From Anaerolineales bacterium (GTDB taxonomy: Bacteria > Chloroflexota > Anaerolineae > Anaerolineales > UBA4823), in the NCBI GenBank assembly GCA_049281855.1, contig JBAPSY010000170.1, forward strand, positions 1,151 to 65,150: DNA of 64,000 bases, written 5' to 3'. Below, piece after piece: positions 51,053 to 60,524 of the stretch. A program made the position numbers and the translations under genes. How positions within the stretch are numbered: the stretch's first letter is position 1; each line of letters starts with the position of its first letter. Under the pieces are notes generated by a model. It searched no databases. It was not told where the DNA came from and saw only the letters and a program-made list of their open reading frames with translations.

Positions 51053-51919
51053 TCAATGTGTTATCGGAGTGAAACCCCATTTAATCAAGATTGCCTGCCC
51101 AGGCGGAGAAATAACATATGTAACGAATGCCTTAGCATGTTTCGGTTCGGGAGCACTGGTTAGGATCGCAATTGGATACCTGGCAATAATATTGAATTTG
51201 TCTGGTATGGTGACCGTGATAAGGTCTGGTGCAGCAATCGCATCGGAAATATATACCAACCCTGCATCTGCTTCACCTAATTCAACTTTGGTGACAACTT
51301 GCTTGACATCGGTCTCGTTGGAAACTAAATTTGTCAGTACCTTCGCACTGTAATCTGGGCCATATATGGGATCCTTACTCATATTCGAGAGCACCTGACG
51401 GGCATACTTCCCTGCCGGGACAGATGAGTCAGCCAGGACAAGTTTGAGATTGGGATTGGCTAAATCTGTTAAAGTCTGGAGGTTGGCAGGATTGCTTGGT
51501 GGGAGGATGACGATTAGCTGGTTGGTGGTGAAATCCTGGTAGGTATGCGTGGCGACCAAATTATCAGTGACTAACAAGTCCATGTTCATAAGATCCGCGG
51601 ATGCGAATACATCAGCCGAGGCCCCTTGTTCAAGCTGAGTACTTAGAATCTGCGAACCCGCAAAATTAAAGCTTACATTTACACCCGGATTGGCGGTTTC
51701 AAAATCTTTTCCAATTTCCTGAAACGCGCCAGTTAATGAGGCCGCAGCAAAAACGGTGAGTGTATGGATTGCCGGTATTGTCGTTGGAGGAGCTGATGCT
51801 ACAACAGTGTAAGTACCTTGGTTGGTATTTCTCCTTGAAGATGAAGTAGTGCCTGGCTTCCCGCATCCACTCAAAGCTATATATAGAAATACGCTGAGTA
51901 ATATAAGGAGCTTATTCAT
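51053..51919 (-). CDS. modA: Molybdate ABC transporter substrate-binding lipoprotein
   Basis: The ORF extends to 51967. ATG 51919 gives MNKLLILLSVFLYIALSGC (lipobox). TVFAAASLTGAF...FNFAGSQILSTQLEQGASADVFASAD matches ModA. Confidence 0.85.
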   Translation of the reverse strand: MNKLLILLSVFLYIALSGCGKPGTTSSSRRNTNQGTYTVVASAPPTTIPAIHTLTVFAAASLTGAFQEIGKDFETANPGVNVSFNFAGSQILSTQLEQGASADVFASADLMNMDLLVTDNLVATHTYQDFTTNQLIVILPPSNPANLQTLTDLANPNLKLVLADSSVPAGKYARQVLSNMSKDPIYGPDYSAKVLTNLVSNETDVKQVVTKVELGEADAGLVYISDAIAAPDLITVTIPDKFNIIARYPIAILTSAPEPKHAKAFVTYVISPPGQAILIKWGFTPITH

Positions 51920-52481
51920 CTTCTGCTCCAACTGATCCCTTGGAAGCAAATGCCTCACTACATCCATTCAGCCAACTGATCACTGAATAGAGCAATTTAA
52001 TCCGGAGTTCCAAAGCTAAACGATTAAAGGTCTGACTGTCTGGTAAATCTGCCAAGTCCTTTTGAAGTTGATTTAATCCTGCATTGACTACATCAACCTG
52101 AACACGGATCATTTCCAGGGTGTTATGCGGGTAATATAGCTGCATAAAATATAAACGCGTTACAAACTCCACCCTGATTGCATGCACACTGCACTTGGTT
52201 GGTTGATTGAGCCAGGCTTCAAACCGTCCTAAACCCGAATCAGTTATTTGTAATATTTGACGCGGTGGGAGTTTTTCTTGCTCCCAAAAAGTTGAAGTGA
52301 TGTAAGCTTGTGCCTCCAGCCTCTTGAGAATATTGTATGTTTGGCTTTGGCTTGCATGCCAGATATTTCCGAATTCATTTAGCAACCGCCTATGGAGTTT
52401 ATAACCATGGCTTGGATGTTTATATAGAAAACCAAGTAGCACGTATTCTGGTGAGATTCGACTGTTTACCCGATTTTTCAT
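51912..52481 (-). CDS. PadR-family transcriptional regulator
   Basis: The ORF extends to 52529. ATG 52481 gives MKNRVNSRISPEYVLLGFLYKHPSHGYKL..., a standard PadR winged-helix N-terminus. Confidence 0.85.
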   Translation of the reverse strand: MKNRVNSRISPEYVLLGFLYKHPSHGYKLHRRLLNEFGNIWHASQSQTYNILKRLEAQAYITSTFWEQEKLPPRQILQITDSGLGRFEAWLNQPTKCSVHAIRVEFVTRLYFMQLYYPHNTLEMIRVQVDVVNAGLNQLQKDLADLPDSQTFNRLALELRIKLLYSVISWLNGCSEAFASKGSVGAEDE

Positions 52482-52522
52482 ACTCACTAAGTGAGTATAT
52501 CTAAAATGGATATAAAATGCAA
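52480..52522 (-). promoter_or_regulatory. Candidate padR-modAB promoter with an overlapping palindromic operator
   Basis: The minus strand reads TTGCAT (52517-22), a 17-nt spacer, then TATACT (52494-99). The perfect 8-3-8 palindrome ATACTCAC-TTA-GTGAGTAT (52480-52498) spans the -10 through the ATG. This implies a very short or absent leader. Confidence 0.5.
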
Positions 52523-53188
52523 GTGTCAAAGTCCAATTTCGTCTTCTCCAAGAGGAAAAAATCTTAATTCATGGGAGATATTAGACGAGGATGAAAAACC
52601 AGCCAAATATTCACCTAATTTACATAATCTCATGTATAATACAAGCATCGTTATCTGAATTATCTACTTTTTACCCCCCTGGGGCAAAAAGTAATTAACA
52701 ACCACCGGGCTCCAAAGGTTTATGGTTGAATGAGGGAATCGCCCCTTCAAATCATCTCATCTCTGTCCCGGCAATATGCCAAATGCTGCGCTTCTTTCTC
52801 CCAACTTCATCTTCCTAGCAGCTACGGCTTTGATATGAAACTGACTTGAGAAACTTGAAACGTTCTGTGTCTGGATAACCTGGACTGAACACATGCATTG
52901 TGGATGTGCCTGGCAGAACAGGTTGGTAGAAAATCGGATAGCTTACGGATGAACCATGTGAAGGTTGAAATAATACCAACAAGGCCTCTCATTATGCCAA
53001 TATTTCCATGGTACAAAATCTTTCCGGATTCGCCCTAAAAGGGACATTTGGGATTTAATCCCAGATAATGGATTGAGGATCAGTTCAATCCTATATTGAC
53101 ACCGAACATCTTCTAAAACTCATCAACGTACTATCAGAGCCGTGACCCGAGGAGGAGGGGCGCGGCTAGTTATATTTCGGAGAGTTCT

Positions 53189-53839
53189 ATGAATGATAGT
53201 GTTGCTGGTGGAAAAGTCACTGCTCTGAAAGTCCAAAAACATCATCCCAACCGGGTAAACGTCTATCTAGATAATGAGTTTTCCTTTGGATTATCGCGCA
53301 TCACCGCTGCGTGGCTCCAGGTTGGCCAAGAATTAAGCCCTACCAAGATCGCTAAATTACAAGCTGAAGACGAACGTGAAGTGGCATATATTCAGGCTTT
53401 GCGTTTCCTGGATTACCGACCACGCTCGCGTGTTGAAGTTCGCCGTAACCTGGAAAAACATTCAATTCCACCCGACGTTATCAATGATGTTTTTAAGCGT
53501 TTGGAGCGCAGCGGGTTGGTCAATGACGAACGCTTTGCCCAAGATTGGGTGGAAAACCGCAGTGAATTCCGACCACGTAGCCGTAGAGCATTAGCTTTTG
53601 AGCTTCACCAGCGAGGCTTGAATGATTTAGCCATCGAGAAGGCATTGGAAGGATTGAATGAAGAAGCCTTAGCGTATCAGGCAGCTCTTAAACAATCCCG
53701 CCGGTATGAGGGGCTTCCAATGCGGGATTTTAGCAACAAGCTGGGCAGCTACCTGGCAAGGAGAGGTTTCTCTTACGAAATTATCAAGCAAGTCGTAGCT
53801 AAAGTCTGGGACGAGAAACATGAGCAAGCGGATGAATAA
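53189..53839 (+). CDS. recX: RecA regulator RecX
   Basis: 216 aa. LDYRPRSRVEVRRNLEKHSIPPDVINDVFKRLERSGLVNDERFAQDWVENR shows the typical RecX helical repeats. Confidence 0.88.
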   Translation: MNDSVAGGKVTALKVQKHHPNRVNVYLDNEFSFGLSRITAAWLQVGQELSPTKIAKLQAEDEREVAYIQALRFLDYRPRSRVEVRRNLEKHSIPPDVINDVFKRLERSGLVNDERFAQDWVENRSEFRPRSRRALAFELHQRGLNDLAIEKALEGLNEEALAYQAALKQSRRYEGLPMRDFSNKLGSYLARRGFSYEIIKQVVAKVWDEKHEQADE

Positions 53840-53893
53840 TTCGCTTGCATTTTGCAATTGCTTATTGATTAAAAGATATCGAGAGGTTAATTC

Positions 53894-55423
53894 ATGAATC
53901 CAGGGATGGTCGTGATTATCGCAATTATAGCCCTGGTATCCGGAGCAGCCATCGGATACGGGTTACATTATTACATCGCGAAACAGGAAAAGGCCAGGCT
54001 GCAAATTAAAGCTGAAAACATCCTCATGGAAGCCGAGGAAAAAGCAAAAGAAATCGATCTGCAAGCAAAAGACAAAGCCATACAGGCGCGTCAACAAGCC
54101 GATGCTGAAGTCTCCCGCCGACGAACTGAAATCAGCAGGGAGGAAGACCGCCAGACCAAACGCCGGGAGGAGCTCGATAACCGCACCGACCGCCTGGAAA
54201 AACGCGAAGCTGCCCTGAACAAGCGCCAAAGCGCCGTCGATAAACGCTCAAATGAGATTGAGAAGATGTACGAAGATGAAATGGCGGAACTGGTGCGCAT
54301 CTCCCAAATGACCAAAGAAGATGCACGCGGCGTTTTACTGGCAGAGGTGGAAAAAGATGCGCGCGATGATATGGCACGCATCATCCGCCAGGTGGAAGCC
54401 GAAGCTCAGGAAGATGGTGACCGGCGGGCACGCGAGATCATCACCACAGCCATTCAACGGGTGGCTTCCGATCACGTCAGTGAAGTCACCACCTCGACCG
54501 TGTCCATCCCTTCGGATGAGATGAAGGGTCGTATCATCGGACGTAATGGGCGGAATATCCACGCCTTCGAGCAAGCTGCGGGTGTAGACGTGATCGTCGA
54601 CGACACACCGGAAGCGGTCACCATCTCATGTTTTGACCCGGTGCGGCGTGAAGTTGCCCGACGCTCGCTCGCAAAGCTGGTATTGGATGGTCGCATCCAC
54701 CCGGCTCATGTGGAGAAAGTGCTTAAAAACGAACAAAAGGAAGTTGACCATATCATCGCGGAAGCCGGTGAACAGGCGGCTTTTGATGCCGGCGTACCTG
54801 GTTTGCACCCCGAAATCACCAAGATGCTCGGGAGACTCAAATTTCGTACCTCGTATGGTCAGAATCAGCTCGATCATGCCGTCGAAGTCTCACGTTTGGC
54901 TGCTGTGATTGCCTCAGAGTTGGGAGCCAACATCGAAACTGCCAAAACAGCTGGATTGCTGCATGACCTAGGCAAGGCTATGGACCATAACATGGAAGGT
55001 ACACATGCCATGCTGGGAGCCGATTTTGTCAAGCGTTATGGGATCGACCCGATCGTGGTCAATGCGATTGCCTCACATCATCATGAAATCGAGCAGGAAT
55101 CGGTCGAAGCTGCGATTGCCGAGGCTGCAGACGCCATCTCAGGCGCCCGCCCGGGAGCTCGCCGTGAAAGCCTGGAGCAGTACATCCAGCGCGTGCGCGC
55201 ACTCGAGGACCTGGCAAACTCATTCAAGGGAGTCAGCCAAAGCTTCGCTCTTCAAGCGGGGCGAGAGGTCCGCATCTTTGTCAAGCCTGAGGATATTGAC
55301 GACTTGGAATCCATCCGATTGGCACGTGATATCGCCAAGAATATCGAAGAATCCATGCATTATCCTGGACAGATCAAGGTTACCGTCATTCGCGAAACTC
55401 GCGCCGTTGATTACGCCAAATAA
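53894..55423 (+). CDS. rny: Ribonuclease Y
   Basis: 509 aa. It has an N-terminal TM, a Lys/Glu/Arg coiled coil, a KH domain (MKGRIIGRNGRNI) and an HD domain (GLLHDLGKA). Confidence 0.94.
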   Translation: MNPGMVVIIAIIALVSGAAIGYGLHYYIAKQEKARLQIKAENILMEAEEKAKEIDLQAKDKAIQARQQADAEVSRRRTEISREEDRQTKRREELDNRTDRLEKREAALNKRQSAVDKRSNEIEKMYEDEMAELVRISQMTKEDARGVLLAEVEKDARDDMARIIRQVEAEAQEDGDRRAREIITTAIQRVASDHVSEVTTSTVSIPSDEMKGRIIGRNGRNIHAFEQAAGVDVIVDDTPEAVTISCFDPVRREVARRSLAKLVLDGRIHPAHVEKVLKNEQKEVDHIIAEAGEQAAFDAGVPGLHPEITKMLGRLKFRTSYGQNQLDHAVEVSRLAAVIASELGANIETAKTAGLLHDLGKAMDHNMEGTHAMLGADFVKRYGIDPIVVNAIASHHHEIEQESVEAAIAEAADAISGARPGARRESLEQYIQRVRALEDLANSFKGVSQSFALQAGREVRIFVKPEDIDDLESIRLARDIAKNIEESMHYPGQIKVTVIRETRAVDYAK

Positions 55424-55451
55424 AATAAATAATTACCACTATGGACACTAA

Positions 55452-55512
55452 GGACACAAAGGTTTTTATATATTAATTACTTTGAGTCCTTGGTGGCCTT
55501 TTGTGTTTTTTT
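55452..55512 (+). terminator. Candidate intrinsic terminator after rny
   Basis: CACAAAGG pairs with CCTTTTGTG (one bulge) and CTAAGGAC pairs with GTCCTTGG. TTTTTTT follows. Confidence 0.45.
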
Positions 55513-55515
55513 CCC

Positions 55516-56148
55516 CTAAGATAAAAACGGGTTATCCCTGCGTTCGACTCCGACTGTTGTTTCTCCACCATGCCCAGAAAGCAGGCGTGTTTCATTCGGC
55601 AGGGTTAGGATTTGCATCTGAATGCTGCGGATGAGCGTAGCATAGTCACCACCGGGTAAGTCAGTCCGACCAATACTACCCCAGAAGATCACGTCACCGC
55701 AAAACACCACCTTTTCTGCCGCGCAATAAAAGACCACGTGCCCAGGCGTATGCCCGGGGCAATGGCGTACTTCAAAAGCTTGATCGCCGAAAGCCAATAT
55801 CTGCCCGTGCTTCAAGCTGACTGTCGGTTCCGGGGGTGCGCCAATCCGCATCCCAAATAACGATGCCCCTCCATTTGCAGAATATAGGGGCATATCCGCA
55901 GGGTGTAAAGCGATCTTTGGCGCGATTTTGATACTCTTTAATATCCCCGCTATTCCACCGATATGATCAAAGTGAGCATGGGTTAACCATATCTGCTCAA
56001 TGTGCCAGTTATGCCGGTTTGCTTCCTCCACAATCAGCTCACCATCCCAGGCAGGGTCTACGACCACTGCAGAGTAGCTGTGTGGGTCACCCACCAGATA
56101 GGCATTGGTAGCCACGGGTCCAAGAATAAGCGGAATAATCTCGAGCAT
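55516..56148 (-). CDS. MBL-fold metallo-hydrolase (glyoxalase II-like)
   Basis: 210 aa with the HxHxDH motif (THAHFDHIGG). Confidence 0.85.
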   Translation of the reverse strand: MLEIIPLILGPVATNAYLVGDPHSYSAVVVDPAWDGELIVEEANRHNWHIEQIWLTHAHFDHIGGIAGILKSIKIAPKIALHPADMPLYSANGGASLFGMRIGAPPEPTVSLKHGQILAFGDQAFEVRHCPGHTPGHVVFYCAAEKVVFCGDVIFWGSIGRTDLPGGDYATLIRSIQMQILTLPNETRLLSGHGGETTVGVERRDNPFLS

Positions 56149-56152
56149 ATTG

Positions 56153-56857
56153 CTATTCTAAATCCTTTGTGCCCTTAGTCACCTTTGTGGTCCTCTTTTT
56201 CATCCAACGAGTGACTAAGCCAATCATATCATCGAAAATCACGAGGATACTGAATATGATCCCCATGCCTCCCAGGAGCCGTCCAACCGGTCCACTCATC
56301 CCAACCAGACTGGTTGCATGGATCTCCACCTCATGCACATAAATGGGTACCTGGCTGGCCTGGCTTCCATCAAGCGGTAGAAAACGCAGGGACAACCACA
56401 GGTTGCAATTGTATGAACCAGCTTGCTCGACACTGACCTGCCACTTGAACTTCACCGACTGCCCCGATGGCATCGATTCTCTGGTTGGGTTGGCCGGGTC
56501 GACTTTGATCCCCACCGCTTCAATCCTTGCTTCAGCCATTAAATTATAGTTATTGTAAACATTAGTGAGTTCAGCCTGCGGGTCGGGGGAAGGAGCATCC
56601 TTTTGAATAGGTTCAAAGATAAGCGTGATTATCCCATTATCGCCTATGCGCATGGAAGCAGGCCATTCCAGAATAACTTGACGGGATTCCAGGATGGATG
56701 GTATAGGTGGCTCTCCGCTCGACGGTATCTGCATCTCGGACGGTGAAATCGATTGGACCACCACCTGACGCATGCTGGATAAGATTGCCCATATCAACAG
56801 GTACCCACTAAACAGCAGCAGTCCAAGTGACAGGACACGGCGTAACTTTTTCAGCAT
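56153..56857 (-). CDS. Hypothetical membrane protein (TM at both ends, extracytoplasmic middle)
   Basis: The ORF extends to 56890. ATG 56857 gives MLKKLRRVLSLGLLLFSGYLLIWAIL. A C-terminal TM is also present. I recognised no family. Confidence 0.55.
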   Translation of the reverse strand: MLKKLRRVLSLGLLLFSGYLLIWAILSSMRQVVVQSISPSEMQIPSSGEPPIPSILESRQVILEWPASMRIGDNGIITLIFEPIQKDAPSPDPQAELTNVYNNYNLMAEARIEAVGIKVDPANPTRESMPSGQSVKFKWQVSVEQAGSYNCNLWLSLRFLPLDGSQASQVPIYVHEVEIHATSLVGMSGPVGRLLGGMGIIFSILVIFDDMIGLVTRWMKKRTTKVTKGTKDLE

Positions 56858-57002
56858 CAGAACTCGATTATACTCGCCTAAAACAACCAAACCTTCTTTC
56901 GGATGCCAGTTATCGTGCCTCTACTATAAAGTCGAGTTATCACGTTAACCGATCGTGCATAACATAATAATAAACATTTCATCCTAACCTAACCGAATTA
57001 GC

Positions 57003-57031
57003 TTGACGTTTCTCTTATTTCCCCTTAATAT
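57003..57031 (+). promoter_or_regulatory. Candidate sigma-70-type promoter upstream of the gyrA-like gene
   Basis: TTGACG (57003-08), a 17-nt spacer, then TAATAT (57026-31). This would give a leader of roughly 100 nt. Confidence 0.45.
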
Positions 57032-57140
57032 ACATTTGGTAACGACATCAATCCGCAGCCGCGACCCATCCAGCCGAGTTGTGGAGTCGCCTGGATGCCT
57101 AATTAACTAGTTGCCAAATTCCAATTATTCTGGAGTGACT

Positions 57141-60100
57141 ATGGAAGTCGGTCTTGTCCGTTCAATCGATATTGACCAAACCATGCAGCAGGCGTACCTT
57201 GACTATGCCATGAGTGTGATCGTTGCGCGTGCACTGCCAGATGCGCGTGATGGTCTCAAACCTGTTCACAGGCGCATCCTGTATGCCATGTTCGATATGG
57301 GTCTACGCCCCGACACTGCCTACAAGAAATCCGCACGCATCGTGGGAGAGGTGCTTGGCAAGTATCATCCTCACGGTGATATGGCAGTTTATGAATCCAT
57401 GGCACGTATGGCACAGGATTTTTCCATGCGCTGTTTGTTAGTGGAGGGGCAGGGTAACTTTGGTAGCGTGGATGGTGACCCACCGGCTGCCATGCGCTAC
57501 ACAGAAGCCCGCCTTACTTCCCCCGCCATGGAGTTGCTGGCTGATATCCGCAAAGATACGGTCAACTTCTCGGATAACTTCGATGGCAGCTTGCAGGAGC
57601 CGGACGTGCTCCCTTCCGCTCTGCCCAATATGCTGGTGAATGGAGCCACAGGCATTGCCGTGGGGATGTCCACCAATATCCCACCCCATAATCTGGGTGA
57701 GGTTGTGGGTGCCCTCATCTTCATGTTGGAAAATTGGGAACGGTTGGATGATGTTAATATTGAAGACCTGATGAAATTCATCCAGGGACCAGACTTTCCC
57801 ACAGGTGGCTTGATCGTCCAGGATACACACGAAGACGACCTGACCGCTGCGTATGGGACCGGGCGCGGTAGAGTGACGGTACAGGCGCGTTGCCACATCG
57901 AGGAGATCAGCCGTGGACGAAACCGCATCATCGTCACCGAGCTGCCCTATATGACCAACAAATCCTCGCTCATCGAGCACATCGCTAAGCTGGCGCGCGA
58001 GGGTCACCTGGAAGGCATCTCAGATCTGCGTGATGAATCTGACCGGCACGGGCTGCGCGTTGTCGTCGAGCTCACCCGCACCGCTGAGCCGGAAAAGGTG
58101 CTGCAAGATTTGTATAAACGCACAGCCATGCGCTCCACTTTTGGCATTATCATGCTCGCCCTTGTGGATGGCGAACCTCGCATGCTCTCACTGAAGCAGG
58201 CGCTGCGAGTTTATCTGGATCACCGATTGGTAGTCATACGCCGTCGCGGTGAATACGAGTTGACAAAAGCCCGCAGCCGCCTCCACATTCTGGAGGGCTT
58301 GCGTGTGGCGCTCAAACACCTTGACGAGATCATCGAGCTGATTAAAAAAGCCCCTGATGCTGACATTGCCCGTGACCGCCTGATGAAGCGCTACCGCCTG
58401 TCAGAGATTCAGACCCAGGCCATCCTGGATATGCAGCTCCGTCGATTAGCTGCTTTGGAGCGTAAGAAAATCGAGGATGAATACAAAGAGTTGCTGGCAC
58501 AGATCAAAATATTGGAAGGGTTGCTGCGCTCGCCACTCAAAATGCGCCAGACGGTGGCAACCGAGCTGCGCCAGGTGAAGGAAGCCTATGGTGACCGGCG
58601 CCGCACCCAGATCACCCGCCTTGGGATAGGAGCCAAATCCGTTCTGCCCGTCCTCACCGCCACTGACCTGCTGCCCGAACAAACGGTTTGGGTCTCTGCG
58701 ACCAGCGATGGGTTGATCTCGCGCACATTGGACGAGAAACCTCCCCGCATCAGCGGCACGGCAGCACCGCGCTTCCTGCTGCAAGTCAACACGCGCGACA
58801 CCCTCTTCCTGTGTTCCGAAAAAGGTGAGGCAGCCGGTATCCCGGTTCAAACCCTACCTGAAGCTGAGACTCCCCAGGATGGCGCGCCCGTACACAAAGT
58901 TTCAGCCTTATCCGAAGTAGATAAGCTGGCAGCTTTGTTCACCCTACCGCCCAAAGAAGAGCGCCTGGAAGGGTGGTACGTCTTTACAGCCACACAACAG
59001 GGTATGCTCAAGAAAACATCATTGGAGGAGCTACCTGGTCCCACCGGTCACAGTTTCACTATGGTCAAGGTCAATGAGGATGATAAGCTGGGGTGGGTCC
59101 GTCTGACTGACGGAAAAGCTGAGATCCTACTGGTCACTGCCGATGGGATGGCCATTCGATTCACTGAAGATGAGGTTCGTCCAATGGGACTTGTAGCTGC
59201 CGGGGTAAGTGGCATCAAACTGGGAGCCCGCGATCTTGTCATCGGCATGGAGCTCATCCCCCGCCGGGGGGATATCCTGTTGGTCACCTCCGATGGCAAA
59301 GCCAAACGCGTGGCATCTGACCAATTTCCCCGCCAGGGGCGCTACGGTCAGGGTGTGATCGCCTGGAAGTTGCCTCGTACATCCCAATTAGCTGGTATCG
59401 CTGCAGGAAAAGCTTCCACACGCGTCACCATTCTGTTGGATAAACTCTCCCCCAAAGCTATGCGCCTGGATGAAGCCCCACTGCAAACCCGGGCAGCTTC
59501 TGGCAAGACTGTAGTGGAGTTGAAAGCCGGTTACCAAGTGCTCGGTCTGAGTATCTCATGGGCAGTGCCACGCGCTGTAGCAGGTGAGAAAGCCACTCCA
59601 GAAAAGGAACTTGAAGTTCCGGAAGAACCGGAGCCACAAGCTCCTGAGGTGGAACAATTGACATTCGGTATGATTGAGCCAGCTGACCAGGTCACTCCAC
59701 AGGTGGAGAAACCCAAAACCCGCAAGTCTCGTGCTGAAGTCAAGCAAAAAGTCAAGCCGACCCCACGGAAATCTCGCGTTGTCAAAGCTGAACAAGCTAC
59801 TCTGATTACCAAGCCAGCTCCAGAAAAGAAAAAGATTCCGGTTGCTAAAACTGGTCGAGCAAAAAGCCCTACAGGTATCCCAACCAGAAAAGAAAAGACC
59901 ATTACGAAAGCTGGTAGGCCAAAATTGAAGCCAAAAGTTACCGCAGACAAGGAGAATAAGCCTACTAGCAAAATTGGTAAGCCAAGATTGAAAAGTAAAG
60001 CCACGACAAATAAGGAGAAGAAGCCAACTGTCAAACTTAGCAAGCCAAGGATGAACAAACGCGCAATTGGAAACAAGGTGAAGGAGGCCTCTGCGAAAGC

Positions 60101-60407
60101 CGGTAGACCTAGACTGGAGATCCAGTCCGCAGCAAGTAAGGAAAAGAAGACCGCTGTGAAAAACCGACGACCAAGATCAACCAAATCTGCTGCTTCCAAA
60201 CCAAAACTGGCAAGCAAACCTACCAGCAAGCATTCGGGTAAATCTGCGACCAAAAAACCCGCTGCCCGGAAACCACGTCAAACAAAGCTCACCCGTAAAT
60301 CTGCGGATTCTAAAATTGCGGTAATTATCCCTCCAGGTTGGAAACCACCAACCAAAAGGACTTCAGCCCCGAAGCGGAATTCGAAATCGACCAAATTGAA
60401 GCATTAG
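57141..60407 (+). CDS. gyrA: Type IIA topoisomerase subunit A (GyrA/ParC family) with a ~270-aa acidic-then-Lys-rich C-terminal extension
   Basis: The ORF starts at TTG 57111. I prefer ATG 57141 (GGAG upstream). Motifs: [39 protein letters not shown], active-site [11 protein letters not shown] cannot see a canonical GyrA box, so the GyrA versus ParC call is uncertain. Confidence 0.85.
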   Translation: MEVGLVRSIDIDQTMQQAYLDYAMSVIVARALPDARDGLKPVHRRILYAMFDMGLRPDTAYKKSARIVGEVLGKYHPHGDMAVYESMARMAQDFSMRCLLVEGQGNFGSVDGDPPAAMRYTEARLTSPAMELLADIRKDTVNFSDNFDGSLQEPDVLPSALPNMLVNGATGIAVGMSTNIPPHNLGEVVGALIFMLENWERLDDVNIEDLMKFIQGPDFPTGGLIVQDTHEDDLTAAYGTGRGRVTVQARCHIEEISRGRNRIIVTELPYMTNKSSLIEHIAKLAREGHLEGISDLRDESDRHGLRVVVELTRTAEPEKVLQDLYKRTAMRSTFGIIMLALVDGEPRMLSLKQALRVYLDHRLVVIRRRGEYELTKARSRLHILEGLRVALKHLDEIIELIKKAPDADIARDRLMKRYRLSEIQTQAILDMQLRRLAALERKKIEDEYKELLAQIKILEGLLRSPLKMRQTVATELRQVKEAYGDRRRTQITRLGIGAKSVLPVLTATDLLPEQTVWVSATSDGLISRTLDEKPPRISGTAAPRFLLQVNTRDTLFLCSEKGEAAGIPVQTLPEAETPQDGAPVHKVSALSEVDKLAALFTLPPKEERLEGWYVFTATQQGMLKKTSLEELPGPTGHSFTMVKVNEDDKLGWVRLTDGKAEILLVTADGMAIRFTEDEVRPMGLVAAGVSGIKLGARDLVIGMELIPRRGDILLVTSDGKAKRVASDQFPRQGRYGQGVIAWKLPRTSQLAGIAAGKASTRVTILLDKLSPKAMRLDEAPLQTRAASGKTVVELKAGYQVLGLSISWAVPRAVAGEKATPEKELEVPEEPEPQAPEVEQLTFGMIEPADQVTPQVEKPKTRKSRAEVKQKVKPTPRKSRVVKAEQATLITKPAPEKKKIPVAKTGRAKSPTGIPTRKEKTITKAGRPKLKPKVTADKENKPTSKIGKPRLKSKATTNKEKKPTVKLSKPRMNKRAIGNKVKEASAKAGRPRLEIQSAASKEKKTAVKNRRPRSTKSAASKPKLASKPTSKHSGKSATKKPAARKPRQTKLTRKSADSKIAVIIPPGWKPPTKRTSAPKRNSKSTKLKH
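59907..60170 (+). repeat. Four degenerate tandem ~63-bp (21-aa) coding repeats inside the Lys-rich tail
   Basis: [21 protein letters not shown] / [21 protein letters not shown] / [21 protein letters not shown] / [21 protein letters not shown]. Confidence 0.7.
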
Positions 60408-60524
60408 GTTTACCTTCAGGTTCCGTGGCGCGTTCTGTTTTATTTATATCGTTAACCTTTGAGCATTAAGGCGCGCTTTTACGCACTCCTTGGTGGTGAA
60501 TCTATTCCGCCAAGGATAAATAGG

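Noticed and set aside
52530-52800. Possible molybdenum-cofactor (Moco) riboswitch upstream of padR-modAB
   Set aside because: I looked on the minus strand for the conserved Moco motif core and found only a vague GGAGCCCGG segment. A protein regulator and operator explain the region better.
52822-53016. 64-aa minus-strand ORF in the padR-recX gap
   Set aside because: It has no RBS, odd composition and no neighbouring operon context. I treat it as spurious, though the gap itself is flagged as a finding.
57438-58007. 189-aa and 146-aa minus-strand ORFs
   Set aside because: They are antisense to the highly conserved N-terminal GyrA/ParC domain.
59907-60170. Tandem 63-bp repeats as a possible CRISPR array or minisatellite
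   Set aside because: The repeats are degenerate, contiguous without spacers and in frame within the topoisomerase gene. They are coding repeats, not a CRISPR array.
59531-60253. 240-aa minus-strand ORF opposite the GyrA-like tail
   Set aside because: The Lys-codon-rich (AAR) repeat region gives a long Phe/Leu-rich stop-free antisense frame by composition alone. The sense frame is continuous with the topoisomerase.
60488-60515. CCTTGGTGG...CCGCCAAGG hairpin between the gyrA-like and deacetylase genes as a terminator
   Set aside because: It is a 9-bp stem (one G-U pair) with no U-tract on either strand. That is too weak to call, so it is mentioned only for completeness.
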